A DNA stretch of 64,000 nt from an uncultured Chloroflexota bacterium (GCA_913051545.1 CAJXCD010000002.1:55991-119990); one strand, 5' to 3'. Shown: positions 19,609-30,172, counted from the stretch's first letter. Program-made: numbers and translations. Notes: generated by a model from the letters alone, not told the origin.

Positions 19609-20856
19609 TCATATATTTCTTGTTATTTTGTCTTTTTTCACGAGATCATATTTTAGTCGTTGTAGAGCCAATATCGCTATTATAGCTATCAAACTAATAC
19701 TACTAAATCCAATTACCCATTTGTATGATTCCTGAGAAATATCTAGTATAGTCCCGAAGGTTATTGGACCCAAAACGGCTCCCAAGAGTCCCAATGAAGC
19801 TTGTACTGCCATAGCTGAACCTATCTTCTCCTTAGGTGTTGAGTCTAGTATGCCACTGGTGTATATGGCAGAATCTGCTGCTGTTGACCAACCATAGACT
19901 ATTAAAATTACACCTATCAAAGGCCACGGGAAACCTCCCGCCCAACCAATTAGCAATGAGCATATACCACTAATAGCGAATATTCTTATTGCTGATGTTA
20001 GACGACCCCATTTGTCTGATATCGCACCTCCCATTACTGGTCCCAGAGCTCCTAGAGTCAGTGCTATACCTGCAACAGTGGAGCCGATAGCTTCCCCATT
20101 TTCAATCCCCTGGTTAATTAAAATACTTCCAAGCAATATCGGTAGTCCCATTCTAACGCTATATAATTGGAAGGCATGTAAGGAATACCCGAATATAAAA
20201 TACTTAACTTGGCGGATTTTTAGTACGGAAAGATCGAGTTTGCCCGGCGTTTCTGTGTGGGGTTTGACAGGTGAGTGTGATCGTATAAGTATGTATAACA
20301 CAGGTAAGCCAATAATAGATATAAGAGATAGTAAGAGATATGCTTGTCTCCATTCTAATGTGGTTAAGAGTGCTCCGGTTAAAGCCATAGATATGCTGTG
20401 GGCGCCATACTGAGCAGTTACAAATATACCTGTCGATATTCCTGTGTATTGAGGATCAAATCGTTCCGATATGATCCTTACACCAGGCATGTACATCCCA
20501 ACTAAACCAACCCCGCATATTCCTCTGAGTACGATGGCAATTATCATATTTTCCGTAATTATTGGGAATAAGATATGAGTTATTATCGAAAGAATTGCTG
20601 ATCCAAAAAAAACGGGTTTTGGTCCTACACGATCGGTTAATGGAATTATGAACAGTGCAGATATAAGATATCCAGCTAGATACGCAGAATAAACTACTCC
20701 TGCTTGGAAGTTATTTAAACTCCATTCGTCTTGAATATATCGTAAGGCGGCTACATAGCTGGATATTGGAAGTAAAAGCATAAAAAAAGAAAGCGATAAT
20801 AGTATTAACCATAAAATGTCTTTGCGTGCCACTTTATTTACGCCGTTCATTATCAT
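19609..20856 (-). CDS. MFS transporter
   Basis: About 12 TM segments, LTDRVGPK and GGAISDKWGR motif A loops. Confidence 0.88.
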   Translation of the reverse strand: MIMNGVNKVARKDILWLILLSLSFFMLLLPISSYVAALRYIQDEWSLNNFQAGVVYSAYLAGYLISALFIIPLTDRVGPKPVFFGSAILSIITHILFPIITENMIIAIVLRGICGVGLVGMYMPGVRIISERFDPQYTGISTGIFVTAQYGAHSISMALTGALLTTLEWRQAYLLLSLISIIGLPVLYILIRSHSPVKPHTETPGKLDLSVLKIRQVKYFIFGYSLHAFQLYSVRMGLPILLGSILINQGIENGEAIGSTVAGIALTLGALGPVMGGAISDKWGRLTSAIRIFAISGICSLLIGWAGGFPWPLIGVILIVYGWSTAADSAIYTSGILDSTPKEKIGSAMAVQASLGLLGAVLGPITFGTILDISQESYKWVIGFSSISLIAIIAILALQRLKYDLVKKDKITRNI

Positions 20857-20963
20857 AATATTTCTTGTGTTCTAACTGATTCAGACAATTCGGTAACGAA
20901 TTAAATAATCATTTGTGTATAACTGGAATCGTCACAACTTGAGAATTGCTTACAATTAGTCCT

Positions 20964-21653
20964 TTAGTCCTCAGCCTCTCTTATTGTTGAAAGTAGCAGC
21001 TTGGATTCTAGAATTAGTTTTGGGTCTTCAGAAAGTGTAAATACCTGTTCTAGGTCTAGTTTAGACCCTACTGCATCTCCATTTAGTGCGCGTATTTGTG
21101 CACGCTCGAAAAAATATCTTGGTACATCAGACTTTATAGTGATCAATTCGGACATATCATTTTCAGCCGATTCGAAGTCATCCATGTAAAGGTACGTTGA
21201 AGCTCTGTTGTAGATGGCATCACTGAATTCTGGGTCAATCTGGATGGCTTTAGTAAAATTCAGTAATGCCATTGTTGTATCGCCTACATCATAATAGATT
21301 ATGCCGCGGTAGTTGTATGCTGTAGTTAAATCTGGATTGATTGACAGCGCCTGTGACAGATATTTCATAGCTGAATTATCTTTGCCTCGCAGGTGATCGA
21401 TAAATCCAAGTTCGGCGTACGCCTCTGCTAATTCAGGATTCAGCGAAATTGCTTTTAAATATGCATCTTCGGCTTTTGATATACCCCCAACTTCTTGAAA
21501 ATCAAGACCTTGTTGATACGATTCCATTGCTTGTTCGAGGTGTGAATTGGGTTTCCCAATACAGCCAACCACTATAAGTAGTAGCATGGCTTTAACCAAC
21601 GTTATTTTCAACATTTTACCTGGGTTTTGATCAACTAATTTTATGTTAGCCAT
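20964..21653 (-). CDS. TPR-repeat lipoprotein
   Basis: Lipobox-like IVVGC; repeated A...Y.KAI.LNP...AY..RG TPR units. Confidence 0.85.
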   Translation of the reverse strand: MANIKLVDQNPGKMLKITLVKAMLLLIVVGCIGKPNSHLEQAMESYQQGLDFQEVGGISKAEDAYLKAISLNPELAEAYAELGFIDHLRGKDNSAMKYLSQALSINPDLTTAYNYRGIIYYDVGDTTMALLNFTKAIQIDPEFSDAIYNRASTYLYMDDFESAENDMSELITIKSDVPRYFFERAQIRALNGDAVGSKLDLEQVFTLSEDPKLILESKLLLSTIREAED

Positions 21654-21721
21654 ATAAAATATGATGGCTTTCAGATTTTATTACGGTTTTAGGATTAACG
21701 TACATTTTTCCAGAAACGTGA

Positions 21722-22660
21722 TTAATGCTTTTGACTGGCTGCGAAAATCTCAGCAATTTCCAAAGTCGAATATCTGAATTTAATCCCCAAGTCTCGTCTT
21801 GCTTTTTCCGTATTGACTATCCAAGGGTATCTTATCAAGTTTAGTCCTGACGAGGGTGAACGAGATTGTATCCTTAGCTTCCATGTTAATTCAGTTAGGG
21901 GGTAAAGGATTGCTGCTGGCATTGAGATTTTCCATCGTCCAAGTATTGAGGCCATTTGGTTCCATGTGATAGAGTCTCTACCGGCTAAATTATAGATGCC
22001 ATGATGGTCTGAAAGTAAACATTTTGAAATTGAAGTAGTGATATCATCCTCGTGAATAAGCTGCATTTGGGGATTGTATCCGGTAATCCCCACAAGTATT
22101 TTTTGGGATAATGATTTTGATATAAAGTTGTCTGCATTAGGACCTAGTACAGGACAGCTTCTAAGAATTGTTGAAGTAACACTCTTGTATTTTTTTGAAA
22201 AGTCTTGGAAAATATTTTCTGATTGAATCTTATGTTCTGCGTAGATGTGTCCCTTTATCGGACGTGATATGTCTGACTCGCTGATATTATATGGGTTGTC
22301 AGGATGTGCACCGTACACGGTGGTGCTGCTTAGATACACCAGTTTTTTTACAACAGACGAATCGCATGCATTAACTATATTTTGAGATCCACCAACATTT
22401 ATTTTATATGCTTTACTATCATCTCTCCCGTGATGTATCTGATATGCCATATGGACTACTGAATCAACATTGTTTCTAGTGAGTAGATCTCCTAGCGGTA
22501 AGGAAATGTCGTGGCGGTGGAAATGTATCTTTGGTTCTAGAGTCTTTTTGGGCAGATTTTTGTCAATAGCTATAATGCGGTCTACATCAGACAGTTCGGT
22601 TAAGATTTGCATTAGTCTTGTCCCAAGGTATCCAGAAGCACCAGTGACAGCCACAATCAT
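21722..22660 (-). CDS. NAD-dependent epimerase/dehydratase (extended SDR)
   Basis: VTGASGYLG, YLSSTTVYG, YAEHK. Confidence 0.88.
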   Translation of the reverse strand: MIVAVTGASGYLGTRLMQILTELSDVDRIIAIDKNLPKKTLEPKIHFHRHDISLPLGDLLTRNNVDSVVHMAYQIHHGRDDSKAYKINVGGSQNIVNACDSSVVKKLVYLSSTTVYGAHPDNPYNISESDISRPIKGHIYAEHKIQSENIFQDFSKKYKSVTSTILRSCPVLGPNADNFISKSLSQKILVGITGYNPQMQLIHEDDITTSISKCLLSDHHGIYNLAGRDSITWNQMASILGRWKISMPAAILYPLTELTWKLRIQSRSPSSGLNLIRYPWIVNTEKARRDLGIKFRYSTLEIAEIFAASQKH

Positions 22661-22731
22661 AATGAGTTACGATTTTTCTTCAGGTTCATTTTTGGTAATG
22701 ATCATTTAGTGGTTGGTGTTATCGGATGTTG

Positions 22732-23580
22732 CTACGTTTTAGTTCCGGTAACTCGATTTATGTGTTCCGCTGGAGATTCTTCAGCCCTTTGTAGTGTGCG
22801 AGGTGATAATGTTAGGCTATCGAACACTTCCGGCTTTGACCGCACAAATCCCTCGGCATACGCTGTCCCTGCAGTCCATCCGGCTGCACCGCAGGAGATT
22901 TCTATCCGTTTCCGTGCATATGCTTCATTATGCCCTTGGCTTTTGAATAGTGTTTCTGCTTCTACTCTCTGTTCGTACCAATCACTAATGTCTACTAGAA
23001 TATCCCAATCTCCACGGTCGAAATATACTCCAGGATAAAAGGTAGCAGCTATTTTATGAGGGCGAATTTGTGACCCGTGCTCTGGGTTTGAAGAGTGAAG
23101 TTGTGCACGTTCGACTGCGTATGCTGTTTCAGTGTGGGAATTATTTACATATGGCTGTATTAAGCCATGAGGTCCACTACCATTTATATAGGGTGATTGA
23201 GTTATTAATATGTGAGGTCTAACCTCCGATATTATTTCCGAAAGTTCATTTATTATTCCAGGATTTTCGTCAACCCTGAATGGTTCCCCGCCATCTAGTA
23301 TTCTTACGTCGTTTATGCCAAACAACAAGGCTGCTTGCCTAAGCTCATCAGCCTTCTGCTCTGCATATTTTTCAGGAGGTTCATTAATTATATTTGGGTC
23401 TTGTTCTGATTTTGGCTTAAGTAGTTCAGTAGCTAATTTCTCGTTGTGGGCCTTTTTGCCTCCGGTTACCACTACAAGTGTAACGTCGTCTCCTTTATCG
23501 GTGTGGATTCCAAGAGTGCCAGCGCTGTGTGTGAAATCATGAGGATGTGCTTTTACAACCAATATCTGTAAGTTCGTCAT
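22732..23580 (-). CDS. PIG-L/LmbE-family deacetylase-like protein
   Basis: ILVVKAHPHD, VVVTGG, ELRQAALLFGI, VDIS, YAEGF. Start set at ATG 23580 after AAGGAG. Confidence 0.75.
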   Translation of the reverse strand: MTNLQILVVKAHPHDFTHSAGTLGIHTDKGDDVTLVVVTGGKKAHNEKLATELLKPKSEQDPNIINEPPEKYAEQKADELRQAALLFGINDVRILDGGEPFRVDENPGIINELSEIISEVRPHILITQSPYINGSGPHGLIQPYVNNSHTETAYAVERAQLHSSNPEHGSQIRPHKIAATFYPGVYFDRGDWDILVDISDWYEQRVEAETLFKSQGHNEAYARKRIEISCGAAGWTAGTAYAEGFVRSKPEVFDSLTLSPRTLQRAEESPAEHINRVTGTKT

Positions 23581-23590
23581 CAATATCTCC

Positions 23591-23968
23591 TTAATCCAAC
23601 TGATTAGATAGATTGTCGGTAAAGTCAAATTTCAGTGTCCCCAAACCGGGAACTTCAAAACTCATAACAATTGTATGGGATCCTGGTTCCAGACTAAAAT
23701 TATGTGATCGTATGGTTATATCTCTATTTATTGCCAGGGTAAATGTGTTTTCCTGATCTACTTCAGCAAACGAAACCTCACGTGCATCTAGAATGAAGAA
23801 GGTAGATAATAAAGGTATCGTATTTCCATCCAGTATCAGGGGATACATTTTGTATGCGTACCCGGATCCTAAGCTGTTTCTTAATTTGAATTCAAATCCG
23901 TCTCCATATTTGCTCAAGCTATTTTTGACGTATAGTCGTTTAAGTATGAAGCTTGGTATAGAAATCAT
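23591..23968 (-). CDS. Small beta-rich hypothetical protein
   Basis: 125 aa, PSFILKRLYVKNSL...GFEFKLRN; co-oriented within the sugar-kinase cluster. Confidence 0.65.
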   Translation of the reverse strand: MISIPSFILKRLYVKNSLSKYGDGFEFKLRNSLGSGYAYKMYPLILDGNTIPLLSTFFILDAREVSFAEVDQENTFTLAINRDITIRSHNFSLEPGSHTIVMSFEVPGLGTLKFDFTDNLSNQLD

Positions 23969-23983
23969 TTAACTGGTACCAGT

Positions 23984-24682
23984 TTATCCTTCACTATATA
24001 TTTCCCGCTGATTCATCATCTCGAAAATGGCCTCTTCTGCCGCTACTGATTCTTTTGGTATTCCGTTAATTTTTCCAAGCATTTTTGAATACACAAATAT
24101 TTTTGTTAAGCGTTCGGTAAAGACCGAAATCTCTAGAGCTTGTTCCAAATCTGTACCTACTCCAACCGCCCCATGGTTTCGAAGAAGGGCTGCATTTCGG
24201 TTTCCTAGAGATGTACAGATATTGTCAGCCAGATCTTGACTTCCAGGGAAGCCGTAGTCAGCCACATATATAGGTCCTCCTATAGTTACTACCATTTCGT
24301 CGACTATGGCTGGTATTTTATCTCCAGTGATAGAAGCTACTGTTGAGAATAAGGAGTGTGTGTGTATAACAGCCCCAACGTCTATTCGAGATTTATAGAT
24401 TGCCACGTGCATTAGTGATTCTGATGAAGGTATACACTGGCCTTCTACAGGATTCATGTCAAAGTCAACGACGGGTATTTGTTCTGCGGTAAGGCACGAT
24501 AGAGATTGTCGAGATGGGGTTATAGCCATCAGATTTGTTTTCCCATTGTCATTTATACGCAGACTTACATTCCCAGACTTTCCTGATACCAACCCCGAGT
24601 GGTGTACAGAACGGGCAGTGTTAGCAACTGATTCACGTTCCTTTATCCAATTGACCTTTGACTTATTATTATCTTCTCCCAT
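23984..24682 (-). CDS. Class II aldolase/adducin family protein (fuculose-phosphate aldolase-like)
   Basis: SGNVSLR, PSSESLMH, AVIHTHS, LLRNHG (Zn ligands). Start likely ATG 24682. Confidence 0.88.
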   Translation of the reverse strand: MGEDNNKSKVNWIKERESVANTARSVHHSGLVSGKSGNVSLRINDNGKTNLMAITPSRQSLSCLTAEQIPVVDFDMNPVEGQCIPSSESLMHVAIYKSRIDVGAVIHTHSLFSTVASITGDKIPAIVDEMVVTIGGPIYVADYGFPGSQDLADNICTSLGNRNAALLRNHGAVGVGTDLEQALEISVFTERLTKIFVYSKMLGKINGIPKESVAAEEAIFEMMNQREIYSEG

Positions 24683-24714
24683 ATGACACACCTTTATACA
24701 GCAAATGGAATATA

Positions 24715-25641
24715 CTAATTGACTACAGTCCAACCCCATGATTTCACTAATTTTCTAAGTTCATCCATTTCGTTTTCTGACATCGGATCTGATGGTGGTC
24801 TAGGATCTCCTATTGGGTATCCCAAAATTTTTGAAAGTCCTTTATGAACTGTACTCTGGCCACCTGTACGTTGGCTGACTTTTGTTTCCATTTCTACTAT
24901 ATCGTCATATACAGAATGGTAAAGTATCTCAGCTTCATCAAATTTCCCAGCTTTAAGCAGTCCCCACACCTTCATGTCATGTTTCGGGTTAGAATCTAGA
25001 ATTGTTTGCACGTAACCATGTCCCCCATTCTTAAAGCAGCGTACTGGGTTAGTACTATTATCGATGACATTAAAGCTGTCTTTAAACTTCAACATATCAT
25101 CGTAATTAGGGTCCCCTGGCCATTTAACAGCAATGATATTTTCTATGTCGCTCATCTTGACTATGGTGTCCGCATCAATTTTTCCCCAGGTCATCCACCT
25201 AGTGTTATAGATCATAATCCCTAGATCTATCTTGTTACTAACTTCATAATAATATTCGTATATATCTTGCTGAGTAGGTGAGTTAAAAACAGGAGGAGAT
25301 ATCTGAAGTCCTATTGCACCGAGGTCTGAAGCTCGTTTGGCATCTGCAATAGTTCTTTTTGTGTCTTTATGATGGATCCCTAGTAGTACGGGTGCTTTGC
25401 CTTGTGTTGCCTGAACGGCAGTTCCTAATAAAGCAGCCCATTCTGATTCATCTAGCATGGGGCCCTCGCCCAGGCCTGCTGCTATTTTTATTACCCCATT
25501 TTCATTCGATACTCCTCCGTCTATCATGCGTTGGATCATGGCATTTAGGGCGCCTAGATCGATCTCATATTTTTTGTCAAAAGGAGTTGGTACAGCTCCG
25601 AATGGGCCTACAAACAACTTCTTTAATTTATTTCTATTCAT
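24715..25641 (-). CDS. Dihydrodipicolinate synthase/N-acetylneuraminate lyase family protein
   Basis: PTPF...ID, GEG, MIYN, Schiff-base Lys IIAVKW, PRPP. Confidence 0.82.
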   Translation of the reverse strand: MNRNKLKKLFVGPFGAVPTPFDKKYEIDLGALNAMIQRMIDGGVSNENGVIKIAAGLGEGPMLDESEWAALLGTAVQATQGKAPVLLGIHHKDTKRTIADAKRASDLGAIGLQISPPVFNSPTQQDIYEYYYEVSNKIDLGIMIYNTRWMTWGKIDADTIVKMSDIENIIAVKWPGDPNYDDMLKFKDSFNVIDNSTNPVRCFKNGGHGYVQTILDSNPKHDMKVWGLLKAGKFDEAEILYHSVYDDIVEMETKVSQRTGGQSTVHKGLSKILGYPIGDPRPPSDPMSENEMDELRKLVKSWGWTVVN

Positions 25642-25669
25642 ATTAACTCCACTGTATTTAATATAGTTT

Positions 25670-27175
25670 CTAAATTTCTATTTCACATATTTTATCGGAA
25701 GATTTCATCCAGTGAAAATAGTGCTCTTCATATTCCTGCGATTCAGACTTGTCAGGTTCTAATATCTTCATGTTATCACTAAGCAGTAAAGAGGTATTAT
25801 TCAATGATGGTTTTCGGTTAATAGCGTTTAATACACATAGATAGGCTCCTAGTGAACTAACGTTGGGATTTGAAGATATTTTGACAGGTCTTCCTAAAAC
25901 ATTAACAATAATTTCAGTCAATAAATTTGATGTCGTCATTCCCCCACCTATAGATACTTGTGGTGTTTGGAATCCTGAAACTCTCTGCAATTGTTCTAAG
26001 TTAGCTCGAATTGCGTATGCGATGGACTCTAACGCTGACCTAACTATGTGTCCTCTTTCAGTGCCTCCAAAAGAAACTGGAGTTGGAAATAATATTCCTC
26101 CACTTTTAAATCCTAAATTACTCACATTCATTTCAGGCTTACCGAAGAACGTCATAGTTCCTTCAGATCCCACTGGAATATCTGATGCAAGCATATCCAT
26201 TTCCTCAAAAGATTCATTGTGTGATGCCAGTATCGTTTGAGACAGCCATTTGTAGGAATTGCCGGTATCTGTTGCACTGCTTTCGGCCACCCATGTATCT
26301 GGAGTTAAGAAACAACCTGCCCAAGTGCTTTGAGATTCGGATAATTTTGGTGTGTGAGTTATCATTTGGATCGGTGCACTCCATCCTGCGATTATACCCA
26401 CCTCTTTCTCATTAACAGTCGACATTCCTAGTAATCCGCACTGAGTGTCTGCACCTGAAACTACTACCGGTGTTCCAACAGGAATTCCAGTAGTAGCTGA
26501 TACCAATTTCTGAACGATACCAACCGATGTTCCAGCACGTATTAAAGTAACGTTTGTGTTATCAACAAGAGGTGTGCCATCAAGCTTTATTGCGTTCCAG
26601 TCTTGATTATGAATGTCTAGTAGCCCAGCTCCACTTGCCAGTGAATATTCACTGATGAGTTCTCCAGATAATCGATATATTATCCAATCGGCGAGACAAA
26701 GTGTATTAACTGGATTACTGAACGAATCAGGACGATTTTTATGCATCCATCTTAGTTTGGCAGGTGCGAATAGCATAGAAGGGGTGTGTCCAGTGATTTT
26801 ATAGATTTGTTCCCCTATAGTTTCGTCTATTTCTGCCCCTTCAAATACTGCTCTGCAATCGTGATTAGGTCCTGAATATATTTCACTGTTATTACTGTCT
26901 AGAAAAACTATCCCCTGTCTCTGACTTGTAGCGGTGACGGCAATAATTTTCCCTTTAGATGATGCTATACGATTAGATGTTTTATATAACAGTTCACAAA
27001 TGATTACCCATACTTTTTTTGTATCGAATTCTTTTGCATAGGTTGGTGAGTCAGCCGAATTTAGATATGGCCAAGCTGCCTGATTTTGGAAAGATATGTT
27101 CCCGTTTTGGTCTATTGCTGAACAACGTATTGCACTTGTACCAGCATCTATCACTAATACGTATTCGTTATACAT
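25670..27175 (-). CDS. FGGY-family carbohydrate kinase
   Basis: VIDAGTSAIR, TSQRQG, GADTQCG, ALESIAY, GGG. Confidence 0.9.
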   Translation of the reverse strand: MYNEYVLVIDAGTSAIRCSAIDQNGNISFQNQAAWPYLNSADSPTYAKEFDTKKVWVIICELLYKTSNRIASSKGKIIAVTATSQRQGIVFLDSNNSEIYSGPNHDCRAVFEGAEIDETIGEQIYKITGHTPSMLFAPAKLRWMHKNRPDSFSNPVNTLCLADWIIYRLSGELISEYSLASGAGLLDIHNQDWNAIKLDGTPLVDNTNVTLIRAGTSVGIVQKLVSATTGIPVGTPVVVSGADTQCGLLGMSTVNEKEVGIIAGWSAPIQMITHTPKLSESQSTWAGCFLTPDTWVAESSATDTGNSYKWLSQTILASHNESFEEMDMLASDIPVGSEGTMTFFGKPEMNVSNLGFKSGGILFPTPVSFGGTERGHIVRSALESIAYAIRANLEQLQRVSGFQTPQVSIGGGMTTSNLLTEIIVNVLGRPVKISSNPNVSSLGAYLCVLNAINRKPSLNNTSLLLSDNMKILEPDKSESQEYEEHYFHWMKSSDKICEIEI

Positions 27176-28172
27176 TGGAGCCCCAGATTTCCTGGTTCAC
27201 TAAATTCTTGGGCTTATGCCCTCGAATAAATCTAAATATATCGCTTGTCATCATATTAGAATGACGTTCAATAGTTTCTTGAGTGGCTCCTCCCACGTGT
27301 GGTGTTAATATGACATTATTGAGTGATAATAGTGGACTGGTCGGTTCTACAGGATGCGTTTCAAATACATCTAACGCTGCACCAGCCAAGGCACCTCGTT
27401 TCAAGGCAGTTATCAGGGCATTTTCGGACACTATTTCAGAGTTGGAAATGTTAATCAGGTATGACGAATCCTTCATGATCCTCAATCTGTGTGAGTCGAA
27501 CATACCTCTCGTTTCACTTGTCAATGGCGCCGTAATAGTTACAAAATCTGATATTTGAAGGAGACATTCTAAAGATTTCGATTTAATATCTTTGGGAATT
27601 TCTGAGGTATATGGGTCATATACCAGGCATTTCATTCCTAAACCTTGTGCTACTGAGGACAATCGCGTGCCTATGGCTCCAAACCCAATTATTCCGACTG
27701 TACGGTTTGCTAGTTCAATCCCTTGCATTGTTATGTACGGTTCTACAGGGTTTTCCCACTTTTTCTTAATAATATACTGGTGTAAATATGGGATTTTCCT
27801 TGCTAGTGAAAGCATTAATCCTATGGCATGTTCAGCGACCGCTTGGTCATTCCGGCTAGGTGTATTTACTACTATCACTCCGTTCTTTGTTGCTGAATCT
27901 ATATCTATATGATCTGTAGAACCTCTACATACTCCTAAAAACTGTAAATTAGGAGTACCCTCAAACACCTCTTGAAATACAAAGTCAGATTCAATTACAA
28001 GTATATTTATGCTCTCTTGTACTAGTCTTTCAGATAATTTATTTGGGTCCCATAAAATCCTCGTTTCAGCCCAGCTTTCATAAGTCACATCTATGGCCGT
28101 TTCTAAATCACGCAATTTACAGTCGCTGAATGGCGATAGAATTAGAACATGATGTGATTTAGTTTCCCCCAT
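27168..28172 (-). CDS. D-isomer-specific 2-hydroxyacid dehydrogenase-like protein
   Basis: AVAEH, GIIGFGAIG, YDPY, LDVFE, LTPHVGG. Confidence 0.85.
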   Translation of the reverse strand: MGETKSHHVLILSPFSDCKLRDLETAIDVTYESWAETRILWDPNKLSERLVQESINILVIESDFVFQEVFEGTPNLQFLGVCRGSTDHIDIDSATKNGVIVVNTPSRNDQAVAEHAIGLMLSLARKIPYLHQYIIKKKWENPVEPYITMQGIELANRTVGIIGFGAIGTRLSSVAQGLGMKCLVYDPYTSEIPKDIKSKSLECLLQISDFVTITAPLTSETRGMFDSHRLRIMKDSSYLINISNSEIVSENALITALKRGALAGAALDVFETHPVEPTSPLLSLNNVILTPHVGGATQETIERHSNMMTSDIFRFIRGHKPKNLVNQEIWGSNV

Positions 28173-28175
28173 AAT

Positions 28176-28418
28176 TTATAAGTAACACTCAATAAGTAAT
28201 ACGGAATTGTTCATAAGTACTCTCATTTCACCTTCTACTATAATAGAAGGCCGAAGGTATTCCCTCCTTAAATCATACGGGAAATTTTCGATAGCATATC
28301 TCAACATAGTTCTTGCTATTTGTACAGCATACTTATCTAGGAAAGTTATTTCTACGTCCAGATTTTTCTTGCCAACTTTACGAAGCATCCATCCTACAGC
28401 TTTATATATTTTATCCAC
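28176..28418 (-). pseudogene. C-terminal remnant of an AlkD-like DNA alkylation repair protein
   Basis: KAVGWMLRKVGK...FLDKYA..IARTMLRYAIE matches the AlkD-family C-terminus. An in-frame TAA lies four codons upstream and there is no room for the N-terminal part. Confidence 0.65.
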
Positions 28419-28567
28419 AGGATATTTTTAATTATCAGTATTCTAATAATAGATGTTGAATATATGCTATTAAGTTGTACTTCAATATAGTTCTTTCTAT
28501 AATGACGCCTGATGCAATAAAATTATTCTAGATATTGATTAATATCATTATCGGGTAGGGAATCGTA

Positions 28568-29413
28568 ATGAAAACTACTAACCCGCTGAGTGCTGAGCAG
28601 ATGTCATTCTTTGACACCTTTGGTTTTTTGTCATTTCCTAATCTACTTTCAGACCGGGTAGATCGTATCATTGAAGAATTTGAAGCGATATGGGCAGCAA
28701 ATGGAGGTGGACATAACGGTAAGCTTCACGACGGAGAAAAGCGCTCATCTATATTGCCATTCCCGGACAGGAGTGAGTATCTCAGTAGCCTACTAGATGA
28801 TCCGCGTATACATGATATTGCTTCTAGTATTTGTGGAGAAGACTTTAATTACTATGGGGGAGACGGGAATTTTTATTCGGGGGATACTAATTGGCACTCT
28901 GACGGATATGCCACTAGACCAGTTATTAGTATAAAAATTGCTTTTTATTTGGACAAACTCACTAGTACCACTGGTGCGCTGAGAGTTATTCCAGGGAGTC
29001 ACAAAATTGGAGATAAATTCGGACTTTCTTTGGAAGAATACGTCAAGGATACTGAAACTACCTTGGGTATGGACCCAAGCGAAGTGCCTTCACAGGTATT
29101 AGAAATTACTCCCGGTGATATAGTTGTTTTCAATCATAGTATTAAGCATGCGTCCTTTGGAGGATCTTCTAGAAGACGAATGTTTACGATGAATTTTTCT
29201 GAACGGTATCCAGATGACAAGATTGATGATTTGAGAGAGCAGTTAGGTAGTGAATCGAGGTTTTGGATAGATCGAATACATGGAGAAGAGATGATTCGCA
29301 CTGCATCCCCGGAACGCTGGGTCCATCTCGAACAGGTTCGTGCTAATGATACTCATTTAGCTGAATTGACTATGAAAAAAAAGAAGACAATGGAGGAACC
29401 ATCTAGGGGATAA
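28568..29413 (+). CDS. Phytanoyl-CoA dioxygenase (PhyH) family Fe(II)/2OG oxygenase
   Basis: FFDTFGFL, WHSD, GALRVIPGSH, PGDIVVF...HAS...RR. Confidence 0.9.
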   Translation: MKTTNPLSAEQMSFFDTFGFLSFPNLLSDRVDRIIEEFEAIWAANGGGHNGKLHDGEKRSSILPFPDRSEYLSSLLDDPRIHDIASSICGEDFNYYGGDGNFYSGDTNWHSDGYATRPVISIKIAFYLDKLTSTTGALRVIPGSHKIGDKFGLSLEEYVKDTETTLGMDPSEVPSQVLEITPGDIVVFNHSIKHASFGGSSRRRMFTMNFSERYPDDKIDDLREQLGSESRFWIDRIHGEEMIRTASPERWVHLEQVRANDTHLAELTMKKKKTMEEPSRG

Positions 29414-29422
29414 ATGATACTA

Positions 29423-30172
29423 TTATTGAGCTGTCATACCTCCGTCAATTAATAGATCTGAACCGGTGATAAATGACGACTCGTCCGAAGCTAGAAACAG
29501 TGCTCCATATGCTACATCTTCCGCTGTACCGATCCGCCCAGCTGGTATTCTTTTAATTGAAGCTGCTCTGCCTTGAGGGGTACCAATATTTTCAGCGATC
29601 ATTTCTGTATCAATAGAACCAGGACTAATTGAGTTAACTCTGATGCCTTCACTCGCGTGCTGTATTGCAGCATGTTTAGTTAATATTCTCACCGCTGCTT
29701 TTGAAGCTCCGTAAGCTCCTCCCCTGCTGCTACCTACTATACCGGTTGTGGAACAGATATTTATTATGGATCCACCGTTAGCTTTGCGCATAGCAGGAAT
29801 TACATATTTAGTTCCCAGAAATGCTCCCCTAGCATTCGTACTTATAACGTCATCCCATTCTTCCATGGATGTATTTTCGATAGTTGTAGTTCGGTATATG
29901 CTTGCATTATTGACAAGTACATTTAGTGCCTTGAATTTATCTAAGGTGTGTTGGATAGCTAGTACCCAGTCTTTTTCGGAGGACACATCTAGTTTCACAA
30001 ACGTTGCCTTACCACCTCCAGAGGAGATATCTTGAGCCACCTTTTCTCCAAGAGTGGATAATACGTCTGCAACTACTACAGTAGCTCCTTCTGCAGAAAA
30101 TAATTTAGCTTCGCATTCCCCTTGGCCTCGTGCGGCTCCCGTTATCAGGGCAACTTTCCCATTGAGTCTCAT
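29423..30172 (-). CDS. Short-chain dehydrogenase/reductase
   Basis: TGAARGQG, NNA, YGASK, IRVNSISPG, DGG. Confidence 0.93.
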   Translation of the reverse strand: MRLNGKVALITGAARGQGECEAKLFSAEGATVVVADVLSTLGEKVAQDISSGGGKATFVKLDVSSEKDWVLAIQHTLDKFKALNVLVNNASIYRTTTIENTSMEEWDDVISTNARGAFLGTKYVIPAMRKANGGSIINICSTTGIVGSSRGGAYGASKAAVRILTKHAAIQHASEGIRVNSISPGSIDTEMIAENIGTPQGRAASIKRIPAGRIGTAEDVAYGALFLASDESSFITGSDLLIDGGMTAQ

